From Fidelibacterota bacterium (GTDB lineage Bacteria > Fidelibacterota > Marinisomatia > Marinisomatales > JABMOV01): DNA of 59,283 nucleotides. The DNA lies in assembly GCA_046861395.1 (NCBI GenBank), contig JBHHUC010000006.1:1-59283 (forward strand). Direction: 5' to 3'. The first letter of the stretch is position 1; the number at the start of each line of letters is the position of its first letter. The notes beneath the pieces were generated by a model, which searched no databases, had not been told where the DNA came from, and worked only from the letters and a program-made list of their open reading frames with translations. The translations under genes and the position numbers were made by a program. This document shows positions 20,121-29,479 of this stretch, in pieces.

Positions 20121-20627
20121 ATGAGGTACTACGAAACATTGTATATTGTAAACCCGAACTTCGAACAAGACCGCCTTGGAAAAATCAAGGAAGAAGTGTC
20201 CGCCGAGGTAAGCAAAGGGAAGGCAACAATCATTAACCACCGTTTCTGGGGCAAAAAGCGCTTGGCGTATCCGATCCAGAAACATAAATATGGTACGTAT
20301 ATCCTGCTTCAATTTGAGGCGGAGGAGCTCAGCGGTCTGCGGGAATTTGATACGTATATGAAATTAAACCGATCTATCCTGCGTCACCAGACCATCCGAT
20401 TGGATGAACGCCCAGAGGTTGTGGAAGAGGAAGAACTGGCCACAACGAAAACCGGAACGACGAAAGAAACTGCTGAGGCAGCTCCGGTGGAAGAAACGAC
20501 TGCACCGGAAAGCGATGGCGAGGAAACGGAAGCGGAAGCGGATCAGGATTCGGGAGATGTTGTTGAAACCAGCGCGGCAGACACGGAAGAAACCGTGACG
20601 GCTGCCGGCGAAGAGACAAAGGAATAA
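20121..20627 (+). CDS. rpsF: 30S ribosomal protein S6 with long acidic tail
   Basis: MRYYET.YI..P, WGKKRLAYPI; AGGAG upstream. Confidence 0.96.
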   Translation: MRYYETLYIVNPNFEQDRLGKIKEEVSAEVSKGKATIINHRFWGKKRLAYPIQKHKYGTYILLQFEAEELSGLREFDTYMKLNRSILRHQTIRLDERPEVVEEEELATTKTGTTKETAEAAPVEETTAPESDGEETEAEADQDSGDVVETSAADTEETVTAAGEETKE

Positions 20628-20636
20628 GAGGTTACT

Positions 20637-20867
20637 ATGTCATTTGTGAGTAAAAAGAAATTCTGTTATTTCAAAGAAAACGGAATCACGGATGTGGATT
20701 ATAAAGATGTAAAATTATTGCGGCGGTTTATTACGGAGCAGGGGAAAATCATGCCCCGTCGCGTAACGGGTACCAGTGCCAAAATGCACCGGAAACTGGT
20801 TCGCGCCATTAAACGGGCCCGTAACATTGCGCTGATTCCCTACACCAATAGCAGCCAGGATAACTGA
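20637..20867 (+). CDS. rpsR: 30S ribosomal protein S18
   Basis: [32 protein letters not shown]. Confidence 0.97.
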   Translation: MSFVSKKKFCYFKENGITDVDYKDVKLLRRFITEQGKIMPRRVTGTSAKMHRKLVRAIKRARNIALIPYTNSSQDN

Positions 20868-20881
20868 GGAAGGATTATAAT

Positions 20882-21325
20882 ATGGATGTCATCTTGCTCA
20901 AGGATGTTGAAAGTCTTGGTACAGCCGGCGATATTGTCAAAGTGAAACCCGGTTTTGCCAGAAATTTCTTAATTCCCCGTGGATTGGGACTCCGAGCCTC
21001 CAAGCAGAATATGGCGGTGGCGGAGGAGAAAAAGCGGGTTGCAAAAGCACGAGCCGAACGGTTGAATAAAGCCAACCAAGCGCTGGCCGATAAACTGGCG
21101 AAAATCGAACTGACCATTGAAGTCCAGGTAGGTGAGGAAGAACGTCTCTTCGGATCAGTATCCGCCGCTGATGTTCAGAAAGCACTGGAAGAAAAAGGAA
21201 TTACGGTTGACCGACACGATATTTTGTTGGAAGAACCAATTAAATCATTGGGGATTTATCATATTCCTGTTAAAATATCAGTAGATTTACTGCCGGAAAT
21301 AAAAGTTTATGTGATCAAATCCTGA
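20882..21325 (+). CDS. rplI: 50S ribosomal protein L9
   Basis: VKVKPGFARNFLIPRG, LFGSV, IKSLG. Confidence 0.97.
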   Translation: MDVILLKDVESLGTAGDIVKVKPGFARNFLIPRGLGLRASKQNMAVAEEKKRVAKARAERLNKANQALADKLAKIELTIEVQVGEEERLFGSVSAADVQKALEEKGITVDRHDILLEEPIKSLGIYHIPVKISVDLLPEIKVYVIKS

Positions 21326-21346
21326 TCGCATAATCCTCCTCCTCTC

Positions 21347-21382
21347 AACCCCCGTTGGCCTGGCTAACGGGGGTTTTTCTTT
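21347..21382 (+). terminator. Rho-independent terminator
   Basis: AACCCCCGTTGGC-ctg-GCTAACGGGGGTT followed by TTTCTTT after rplI. Confidence 0.88.
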
Positions 21383-21456
21383 ATTGCACCACTGGCTGAA
21401 ATATCCGGGAAATACCCGTTCCGATTCATGGTCCTGTTGGGATAACTTTACTGGAT

Positions 21457-23685
21457 ATGTATGCAACAATCGCCTTTCCAATCTCCCGTTATCAGACCTT
21501 TACCTACGCTGTTCCGGCATCCCTGAAGGCCCATATTGCGGTGGGTGTACGGGTTCGGGCGCCGCTCGGAACAAGGATGGTTCAAGGTATCGTTGTTGCA
21601 ACATCCTCCACCACCGACTTTCATGGAAAGATCAGAGAAATACAAGAACAGGTGGATGATCAACCGGTTCTGGATCAACATCTCTGGGAGTTAATCCAAT
21701 GGTTGAGCCGGTACTATTTTACCCCGTTGGGACAAGTGGCGCGGGCCGTCCTTCCGGGGAAATTGTCCACAAAATATTCTCCTCCCACCGAATTTCTGGT
21801 TTCAACCCGGAGAGATGCCATTGACTGGACTCTGGTGGCTGCCGCGCCGGTTCAGCAGACACTCCTGAAAGTCATTGCCGAGCACGATGGCTGGCTGTCG
21901 GTCCGATCACTGGGAACACTGGCCAGCAGTCCCCTGACGGTCTGCCGCCGTCTGGCTGAAAAGGGATTGGTTGAAATGAAGGAAGAAATTCGGAAACCGG
22001 ATGCCACCGGTTTTACCTTCCAACCCGTACATAAATCAATAACCTTTTCCTCTGCTCAACAGGATATCCTGAACCCGGTCTACCAATCCCTAGAGAAAAA
22101 GAAGTTCAGCCGGTTTTTACTACACGGAGTAACCGGATCAGGCAAGACGGAATTGTACATTGCCGCGGCCCGTAAGGCTTTGGACCTGGATTACTCCGTC
22201 ATTGTCCTGTTGCCGGAAATATCCTTGACCCCTCAGATTGGGGGGCGATTTCGGGCTGAATTCGGGGAACAGGTAGGACTCTGGCACTCTCGTATGAGCC
22301 CTGCACTGCGGGCCTGGACCTGGAAACGCATGTGTGCCGGTGATTACCGTGTCATAGTGGGCGCCCGCAGCGCTGTTTTCGCCCCATTAAAAAAATTGGG
22401 CTTAATAGTGGTGGACGAAGAACAGGAGTCTTCTTATAAACAGGAATCGCCACCACCTCGCTATCATGCCCGGGATGTTGCCGTAATGCGCTGTAAACTG
22501 CATCGTGCCACCGTCATCCTATCCAGTGCCACTCCCAGCCTGGAAAGTTATTATAATCAGGTCCAGGGGAAATTCACCTATCTCCATCTACCGGAACGTT
22601 TCGGCGGGTCGTTGTATCCGACGGTTCACGTTGTCAATATGTTGCAGGAAAATGAAGAAAGCGGTAAAACGGGACAAGTGTTAAGCGGAATCCTGCTGGA
22701 CAAAATTGAGGACCGTCTACGCAAGGGGGAGCAAGTCCTGATTCTGCAAAATCGCCGCGGATATGCTCCGGTTGTCCATTGTTACGCCTGTGGCGAATCC
22801 ATTATGTGCCCAAATTGTAACATTACTCTTACCTATCACAAAATCCATCATGGTTTGCACTGTCATTTTTGCGGGTACACCAGTCATCAAATCCCCGATA
22901 GCTGTCCATCCTGCGCAAATCCTGAGCTGCGTCTCACCGGTACCGGTGTCCAGCGGGTGGAAGAACTACTACGTCTCACCTTTCCGGCGGCTCGTGTTCT
23001 CCGCTTGGACCGCGACACGACATCCACCGCCACCAAGTTGACAAAGACCCTGGAATCCTTTGCCCGGGGAGAGGGTGATATTCTGGTGGGAACCCAGATG
23101 ATTGCCAAGGGATTGGATTTCGGACGCGTGACGTTGGCAGGAATCATTAACGCTGACACGGGGCTGCTATTGCCGGATTTTCGTTCCGGTGAACGCATTT
23201 TCCAGCTGATTTACCAGACGGCCGGACGAACCGGACGCCGGCAGGTTCAGGGAGAGGTGATTATTCAATCCTACAATGCTGATAATCCCGTGATCAAGTA
23301 CGCGGTCCGGCTGAACCTGAAGGGATATTATAACCTCGCCCTCAGTGAACGGCAGGAACTAAATTATCCGCCCTTTAGTTGGATAATAAAATTAGAAGCC
23401 ATAAGTGAAAAGAAACAGCAACTGGAAAAGCAAATTCAATCATTGCGGCAATTATTCCCGCAGCCCTACAAAGGACTGGAAATCCTGGGACCGGCCTATT
23501 GCTATCGGGATCGCTTACATAAAAAGTATCGAATGCAGATTATTTTTAAATCAGCGAAAATACAGGATCCGAGCGGAACACGGCTACACAACTATGTGGA
23601 ACAGAATGTTCTGCCTCGCCTGAATGAAACATCCTTCCGCAGTCTGGCTGGCCATCTGGATATAGATCCTGTCTCAATGTTATGA
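21457..23685 (+). CDS. priA: Primosomal protein N'
   Basis: GVTGSGKTE, DEEQESSYKQ, four CxxC pairs, GTQMIAKGLDF. Confidence 0.97.
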   Translation: MYATIAFPISRYQTFTYAVPASLKAHIAVGVRVRAPLGTRMVQGIVVATSSTTDFHGKIREIQEQVDDQPVLDQHLWELIQWLSRYYFTPLGQVARAVLPGKLSTKYSPPTEFLVSTRRDAIDWTLVAAAPVQQTLLKVIAEHDGWLSVRSLGTLASSPLTVCRRLAEKGLVEMKEEIRKPDATGFTFQPVHKSITFSSAQQDILNPVYQSLEKKKFSRFLLHGVTGSGKTELYIAAARKALDLDYSVIVLLPEISLTPQIGGRFRAEFGEQVGLWHSRMSPALRAWTWKRMCAGDYRVIVGARSAVFAPLKKLGLIVVDEEQESSYKQESPPPRYHARDVAVMRCKLHRATVILSSATPSLESYYNQVQGKFTYLHLPERFGGSLYPTVHVVNMLQENEESGKTGQVLSGILLDKIEDRLRKGEQVLILQNRRGYAPVVHCYACGESIMCPNCNITLTYHKIHHGLHCHFCGYTSHQIPDSCPSCANPELRLTGTGVQRVEELLRLTFPAARVLRLDRDTTSTATKLTKTLESFARGEGDILVGTQMIAKGLDFGRVTLAGIINADTGLLLPDFRSGERIFQLIYQTAGRTGRRQVQGEVIIQSYNADNPVIKYAVRLNLKGYYNLALSERQELNYPPFSWIIKLEAISEKKQQLEKQIQSLRQLFPQPYKGLEILGPAYCYRDRLHKKYRMQIIFKSAKIQDPSGTRLHNYVEQNVLPRLNETSFRSLAGHLDIDPVSML

Positions 23686-24584
23686 CCAGAATCTTTATTC
23701 TTTTGCTTATGCTTCCGGTCCTAAATCAGGGCCAGTCGGGCTATACGGGACTGAATGCCTGGTATCACGCCAATACCGTGGCCCTGGCCGGTTCGGGTTC
23801 GGTTATTTCTGGACCGTCTTCCGACCAACTTAATCCGGCGGCAATGCTTCCCGAACGCCGGTCATTCTCCATCGGAGCCATCCTTTATCCGGCCGACATC
23901 CGGGCCACCCAGCTGGGGTTTGTTTTTCCCCGGGTTCGTTCGACCATAGCAGTAACGGTCCGCCACCTGAATTATGGTATATTCGAAGGCTACGATAATC
24001 AGGGAGGATCAACGACCACCTATACGTCGGGAGACACATGGCTTTCACTGGCTTATGCCCGGGACTTCCGGGAAACACCACTGCGAGTCGGATTGACGGT
24101 GGGAGGATTTTTCAGTTCGCTGGAATCGTTTGCCGCTACGGCTCTTACATTGACACCGGGCCTAGCCTATGTCTATACCCCTTTGAATATTACACTGGGG
24201 CTCAGCCTGCAAAACTCCGGGACGGTTGTGAAGAATTATACATCATACCGGGCACCTTTGCCCCGACGACTGGTGCTCGGTTTTGCCAAAAAACTGGCCC
24301 ACCTACCCATGACCATTTGTATGGATTATAGTCATTATGACGAAACCGAAGGTCAACTTCGGCTGGGAGGAATTATTACACTTTCACCGGCGATAGATTT
24401 ACGCTGGGGGACATCCACCGACAAGTTGGACCAGGTTACCAATATGAGCGTTCAGCGGGATTTTCTAGGAAGTTCCAGCCTGGGTCTGGCCATTCATTAT
24501 GATGCTTTCCGTTTCAGTGTCGGGTCGTATTTCTATGGTACCGGAGGCTGGATTCACGGACTGGGTTGTGATATTGACTTTTGA
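23682..24584 (+). CDS. PorV/PorQ-family outer-membrane beta-barrel protein
   Basis: Signal peptide, ALAG..NPAA N-terminal motif, LNYG.FEGYD, beta-strand patterning, terminal Phe; family assigned by recall only. Confidence 0.65.
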   Translation: MTRIFILLLMLPVLNQGQSGYTGLNAWYHANTVALAGSGSVISGPSSDQLNPAAMLPERRSFSIGAILYPADIRATQLGFVFPRVRSTIAVTVRHLNYGIFEGYDNQGGSTTTYTSGDTWLSLAYARDFRETPLRVGLTVGGFFSSLESFAATALTLTPGLAYVYTPLNITLGLSLQNSGTVVKNYTSYRAPLPRRLVLGFAKKLAHLPMTICMDYSHYDETEGQLRLGGIITLSPAIDLRWGTSTDKLDQVTNMSVQRDFLGSSSLGLAIHYDAFRFSVGSYFYGTGGWIHGLGCDIDF

Positions 24585-24587
24585 TCC

Positions 24588-27305
24588 ATGATAAAACTAC
24601 CGTCCCTTTACCTGTCTTTATTCCTGGTTTCCGTTCTCTGCTCCACGGCCGTCGGCCAAAGTACTCTGTCCAACAAAATTGTTATTACCTTGACAGAGAA
24701 TGGAGGACAATGGAAAATTGAGGGGAAAAATACAATCCAGATTGTGAATCGCAGTGCCGCTGAAATCGGCACATTCCGACTCCTCTTGCAACCGGAAGCA
24801 AATGAACCATCTTCACTTCCGTTACGGATCGGAGCATTGGAGGCCACCCGACACTTTCGAATTCTGGCCACCGACCCCGCCGAAATGCGTATTGGACTTT
24901 TCCCGGCATTGAAACCGGGAGAAAGTATAATAGTAACCATTCCGTTTGAGGCTATGATTACATCGACACCTAGGCCCTGGGGTTCGTTTATCAGTCGGAT
25001 TGACGGACATGTCGTTATTCTAGCCCGACATTATTACCCTCAGATAAAATTTTCCGACGGTTCGGGTGAACCTATTTCTGCAGTAACCCAATCCCTGTCC
25101 ATTTTGGTTCCGGACTCCCTCACCATCGTGGCCGGCGGTTCAGGACAGGCCAGAAGTAAGAAATCGCTTGATCGGGATGAGTATCGAATCAGCGGACAGG
25201 ATGCTGCCGATATGGCCTTCATTGCCGCCGGAAAAATGGACGAAGAGACACTGGCAGAAGCAGATTGCTCCATAAAGCATATTCGATTTCGGGATCATGA
25301 AAATGAAAAGACTTCTCTGGTAAAAGATATAAAACAGACCATCGTATATTATGGCAATGTATTGGGCCCGCCTCCGCGATCAGAAATATTGCTTATTTCC
25401 CATCCCGAACTTCCGGCCCGCGCCATGTCATATCCCGGTCTTATAATATACCGTCCTGATTTGATGGATAATCATGCCATGAGTCATGAGATTGCCCGGC
25501 AATGGTTTGGTTTTCAATCGGTGAAGGACGGGTGGCTGCGTCGCTCCCTGGCGGATTATCTGGCCTGGAAATATGATGCCACCAGAAATAACCCCGGGGG
25601 CAGTATTCTGAAGCAGGAATCATACTGGAAATCCCTGTGGTGGAATTATCGTACCATGTCACCGGAAGAATGGATGCGCCTGATGACTGAAATTCTGGGT
25701 AACCGTATTCATTATCCAAAGTATAATCCGGGGAAAACGACAACCTGGGAATCACGCGCTCATGAATATTCGCAATATATTGTCGGCAGTCATGCTCTGC
25801 AACTGCTGGAACATTCCATCGGCACGGATGCGATGGAATTATTGCTGCGGCAATATTTGCTGGCCGAAACAACCGGTGAAGTCACGATTGATACTTTTAT
25901 CGATCTGGTCCGGGCCGTAAGCAGCCCTAGCGAGGCGGAAAAGTTTCGTCTGGCGCTGACTACAAATATTCAACCCGACATCCGTATTTTGAAGGTGGAA
26001 GAAGTGGAAGAGGGGCCGCATCAGTGGCGCACCAAGATTTCGTTGGCCTACAACGGAGACTGGGTTATTCCCGTCGATGCCTTGATCATTACGGCACGGG
26101 ACAGCATCCGCCGCACCGAATTGCGCTTAAAGAAAAATGTTGAATTGGTCATTACTAGTACGACCCGCGTAGAACAGGTAATCATAGACCCCGACAACCA
26201 TTTATATGATTCCAATCGTTTCAATAATCGCTGGCCACGACGGATTTCTCTTCATCCCATCATCGGCCGACCCAGCTGGGATGTGTATTCCGTCTATTAC
26301 CGGCCCCGTCTTTTCAAGGATTGGCGTCATGATTGGCGTATTGGTATCCGTGTTTCCGGCGGTTTGGGGCTGAACCTGATGCCCATCTTGCCAGCTCTAT
26401 TTCAGAATAATTTCGATCTGGATCTGACTTTCAGTCTGGAAACACCTCAGTATAACTGGGGCGGACGCCTGGCCTACCGCACGCCGCTGTCATCGATCCA
26501 CCTAACGTATTGGGAATTTGTCACGGATTATGAATATCCCCGCAATCGGCAGATTCTTTCCATCGTAAATTATTTGGGTGAACCGTCTTACTTTTTCACA
26601 TCGGGGAAATCCTATTACCAGCGCTTGACCACCCAGATCAAACGAGTGGAATATACGGCTACAGATGCAGACGGCTGGTGGGACCGGGGAATTCAATACT
26701 GGCTGGGGGAAGAATATCAACGCTTTTTCTATTCAGAAAAATATCGCTATGTCCTGCAGGGATTCGGTTTGGTCGGCCAATCGATTCAGGGCAGGAAAAA
26801 ATGGAATTTATCCCGGTTTACGCTAGCGGCGGATGGCGAAATTCATGCCTGGGACCGGGTCATTGTCCGGGGGCATCTGGAAAGTGGATTTGTGTGGGAT
26901 CCACGGAGGGGGAATGATTTACGTTATCGATTACAATATCTGCCGCGCATCTGGAAGGAGCGAAAAGATTTTGTCCCCCTGTTCCGCGGGTTTGTCTCAC
27001 AATCGGAAGTATGGTGGGATACTGTGATGGGCAGTGGCGTTAGCTTGGGATATGAATCCAATCTTCCCATCTGGCCCATGGTATACGCCGATTATACCCT
27101 TGTTTCCAACGAACAGGGCAGCATTTTCCGTCGTCTGGACCGAATTGAGGATCAATCGGGAGAGTATTTTGCTGCCGGGATCGGCATTGAATCACAATCA
27201 TTGGTGGAAATGGGACTTTATTTTCCTCTTTGGTTGTCGGATCCGCCGGAAGGCGAAGATCACTGGGGTCCCAGAATCATAGTTCAGTGGGGATTCTATT
27301 TTTAA
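24588..27305 (+). CDS. M1 aminopeptidase-like protein with degenerate active site and C-terminal beta-barrel-like region
   Basis: AMSYPG / HEIARQWFG / WLRRSLADY align to GMEYPG / HEIAHQWFG / WLxEGLAxY; IDPD..L.D.NRFNN; ends QWGFYF. Confidence 0.7.
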   Translation: MIKLPSLYLSLFLVSVLCSTAVGQSTLSNKIVITLTENGGQWKIEGKNTIQIVNRSAAEIGTFRLLLQPEANEPSSLPLRIGALEATRHFRILATDPAEMRIGLFPALKPGESIIVTIPFEAMITSTPRPWGSFISRIDGHVVILARHYYPQIKFSDGSGEPISAVTQSLSILVPDSLTIVAGGSGQARSKKSLDRDEYRISGQDAADMAFIAAGKMDEETLAEADCSIKHIRFRDHENEKTSLVKDIKQTIVYYGNVLGPPPRSEILLISHPELPARAMSYPGLIIYRPDLMDNHAMSHEIARQWFGFQSVKDGWLRRSLADYLAWKYDATRNNPGGSILKQESYWKSLWWNYRTMSPEEWMRLMTEILGNRIHYPKYNPGKTTTWESRAHEYSQYIVGSHALQLLEHSIGTDAMELLLRQYLLAETTGEVTIDTFIDLVRAVSSPSEAEKFRLALTTNIQPDIRILKVEEVEEGPHQWRTKISLAYNGDWVIPVDALIITARDSIRRTELRLKKNVELVITSTTRVEQVIIDPDNHLYDSNRFNNRWPRRISLHPIIGRPSWDVYSVYYRPRLFKDWRHDWRIGIRVSGGLGLNLMPILPALFQNNFDLDLTFSLETPQYNWGGRLAYRTPLSSIHLTYWEFVTDYEYPRNRQILSIVNYLGEPSYFFTSGKSYYQRLTTQIKRVEYTATDADGWWDRGIQYWLGEEYQRFFYSEKYRYVLQGFGLVGQSIQGRKKWNLSRFTLAADGEIHAWDRVIVRGHLESGFVWDPRRGNDLRYRLQYLPRIWKERKDFVPLFRGFVSQSEVWWDTVMGSGVSLGYESNLPIWPMVYADYTLVSNEQGSIFRRLDRIEDQSGEYFAAGIGIESQSLVEMGLYFPLWLSDPPEGEDHWGPRIIVQWGFYF

Positions 27306-27399
27306 TATTTACACACAATACCAGTAAATATTATTATTTAAACCAAATAATACCAATATAATTATTGTATATGTATAGTAAATATTAATAATATTAATT
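27303..27399. promoter_or_regulatory. AT-rich putative promoter/operator region of lrp-glnII
   Basis: About 14% GC by manual count; inverted repeats TAATATTTAC-n11-GTAAATATTA and TATTATTT-n5-AAATAATA; direct repeat AGTAAATATTA twice. Confidence 0.6.
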
Positions 27400-27855
27400 A
27401 TGATTGATAAGGTTGATCGGCACATAGTCGCCGAATTACAGAAGAATGCCAGGATGACCGCCAGTGACATTGCTCGGGAGGTCGGTTTATCGGTACCGGC
27501 AACGGCGGAAAGAATAAAACGGTTAATGGAGACGGGAATAATCAAGCGGTTCACGGCCCAGGCTGATGCGAAAAAACTTGGATTTGATTTGACGGCCTTT
27601 ATTTCCGTAATCAGTGCATCTTCGGAACACTACCAGGAGACCATTGATCTGGCGCTGGCGGACGCCCGGATTCTGGAATGCCATTCAGTAACGGGGGAAG
27701 GGAGCCATCTACTGAAAATCCGGGTCAGAAATTCTACTGAACTGGAACAATTGTTGCGTGATATTCAGGGTTGGCCGGGCGTCATTCGCTCCCATACTAT
27801 GTTGGTCCTGTCCACGTATAAAGAGGGATTTTCTTTGGGACTTGAAGATGAATAA
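27400..27855 (+). CDS. Lrp/AsnC family transcriptional regulator
   Basis: D..D..I..ELQKNAR HTH, ECHSVTGE C-terminal RAM domain. Confidence 0.95.
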   Translation: MIDKVDRHIVAELQKNARMTASDIAREVGLSVPATAERIKRLMETGIIKRFTAQADAKKLGFDLTAFISVISASSEHYQETIDLALADARILECHSVTGEGSHLLKIRVRNSTELEQLLRDIQGWPGVIRSHTMLVLSTYKEGFSLGLEDE

Positions 27856-27864
27856 GGAATAGGA

Positions 27865-28875
27865 ATGAAACGAATCAAAGCGGAATATATCTGGATGGAT
27901 GGCCATCAGCCTACCGCCAAATTACGATCCAAAACCAAAATTATTGATGGTCCCGTCAAAACGCTCAAGGATGTACCGGTCTGGGGGTTTGACGGTTCCA
28001 GCACAGGTCAGGCCGAAGGGAAAAACAGTGATTGCATGTTGTACCCCGTTTATTTTGTAAGCGATCCGATTCGGGGTGAAGATCATATCATTGCCATGTG
28101 CGAAGTCATGAACGCCGACGGCACCGCACATATTACCAATCACCGGGCCCACCTGAGAGAGATGGCGGAAAAATATGCCGCCGATGAAGCTATATTCGGG
28201 ATAGAGCAGGAATATACGTTATTTAAGGGTCGATCCCCTCTGGGGTGGCCGGATGGTGGTTATCCAGCGCCTCAGGGGCCGTTTTATTGCGGTGTGGGAG
28301 CCGATGAAGTCTTTGGTCGCCAGTTAGTAGAAGAACACATGGATTTATGTTTGAAGGCCGGGTTGTATTTGTCGGGGATTAATGCAGAAGTCATGCCGGG
28401 CCAGTGGGAATTTCAAATCGGTCCTCTGGGTCCCCTCCAGGTATCGGATGAACTTTGGATTGCCCGCTGGTTATTGTATCGTCTCGGGGAACAATATGGA
28501 GTTAGTGCCACCCTTCATCCCAAGCCCGTGGCCGGGGACTGGAACGGAGCCGGTGCCCATACCAATTTCAGTACAAAAAAGATGCGCAGAGAAAATGGGT
28601 ATGATGCAGTAATTGAAGCCTGCGAGCGGCTGGGCCGGCGTCACGAGGAACACATTGCCGTTTACGGCGCCCACAATGAGGAGCGGTTAACCGGTCGGCA
28701 TGAGACCTGTTCAATAAATGAATTTCGTTACGGAGTCAGTGATCGTGGCGCGAGTATTCGTATTCCCATGGCAACTGCCAATAATGGTCGCGGGTATCTG
28801 GAGGACCGGCGACCGGCTGCCAACATGGACCCGTATCAGGTCTGTGCGATTATGCTGGAAACGTGTTGTGGCTGA
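27865..28875 (+). CDS. glnII: Glutamine synthetase type II
   Basis: 336 aa; EYIWMDG, LRSKTK, GFDGSST, GINAEVMPGQWEFQ, DWNGAGAH, LEDRRPAAN. Confidence 0.93.
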   Translation: MKRIKAEYIWMDGHQPTAKLRSKTKIIDGPVKTLKDVPVWGFDGSSTGQAEGKNSDCMLYPVYFVSDPIRGEDHIIAMCEVMNADGTAHITNHRAHLREMAEKYAADEAIFGIEQEYTLFKGRSPLGWPDGGYPAPQGPFYCGVGADEVFGRQLVEEHMDLCLKAGLYLSGINAEVMPGQWEFQIGPLGPLQVSDELWIARWLLYRLGEQYGVSATLHPKPVAGDWNGAGAHTNFSTKKMRRENGYDAVIEACERLGRRHEEHIAVYGAHNEERLTGRHETCSINEFRYGVSDRGASIRIPMATANNGRGYLEDRRPAANMDPYQVCAIMLETCCG

Positions 28876-28878
28876 GGA

Positions 28879-29352
28879 TTACTGATCCGTCGCGTTGGAT
28901 TGAATATATTTGTCCAGTGCCTCACGGAGTATAATTAACGATTCTTCTGGTGACCGCTCCAAATCCTGTTTCAGGCGGTTAACTATAATTTCCATCGAAT
29001 TGGTTGAGGACTGGACGGCGGCAATATCGCGTACAACTTTTCCCGATACATTCATGACGGACGTTTGAACAGTGTCCAACTTGCCACTGAGCTGATTCAG
29101 CTGTTTTTCATAGTCAGCCAGCGCTTCTGATAATTGGTTCAACTTTTCCCGATCCTGGACTAGGACACTGTCAATGTAGGCCAGCATTTCAGCTTTGAAG
29201 CCATCGGTCAGATTGGCATTGGCCTGAGCTACATATTCGGTCGTAGCCAGATTAAATTTAGCCGCCGTTCCTTCGGTTGGAATAAAGGACATGGTGGTAC
29301 AGCCACTGAAGAGCAGAAAGATCAGTCCGGCAATCGGAAAAATATTTTTCAT
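28879..29352 (-). CDS. Putative lipoprotein with coiled-coil region
   Basis: Lipobox LFSGC; GGAG upstream; heptad-like pattern. Confidence 0.75.
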   Translation of the reverse strand: MKNIFPIAGLIFLLFSGCTTMSFIPTEGTAAKFNLATTEYVAQANANLTDGFKAEMLAYIDSVLVQDREKLNQLSEALADYEKQLNQLSGKLDTVQTSVMNVSGKVVRDIAAVQSSTNSMEIIVNRLKQDLERSPEESLIILREALDKYIQSNATDQ

Positions 29353-29479
29353 GAAAATCTCCTATATAATTTGAAGGTTAATCGCAATATTATCTCCGAA
29401 AGTTAACAATATTATTTCCCTAATAATGAAACGAATCGATTAAATTCACGTTAGATCAGGTCTGGATAAAAAACACTAT

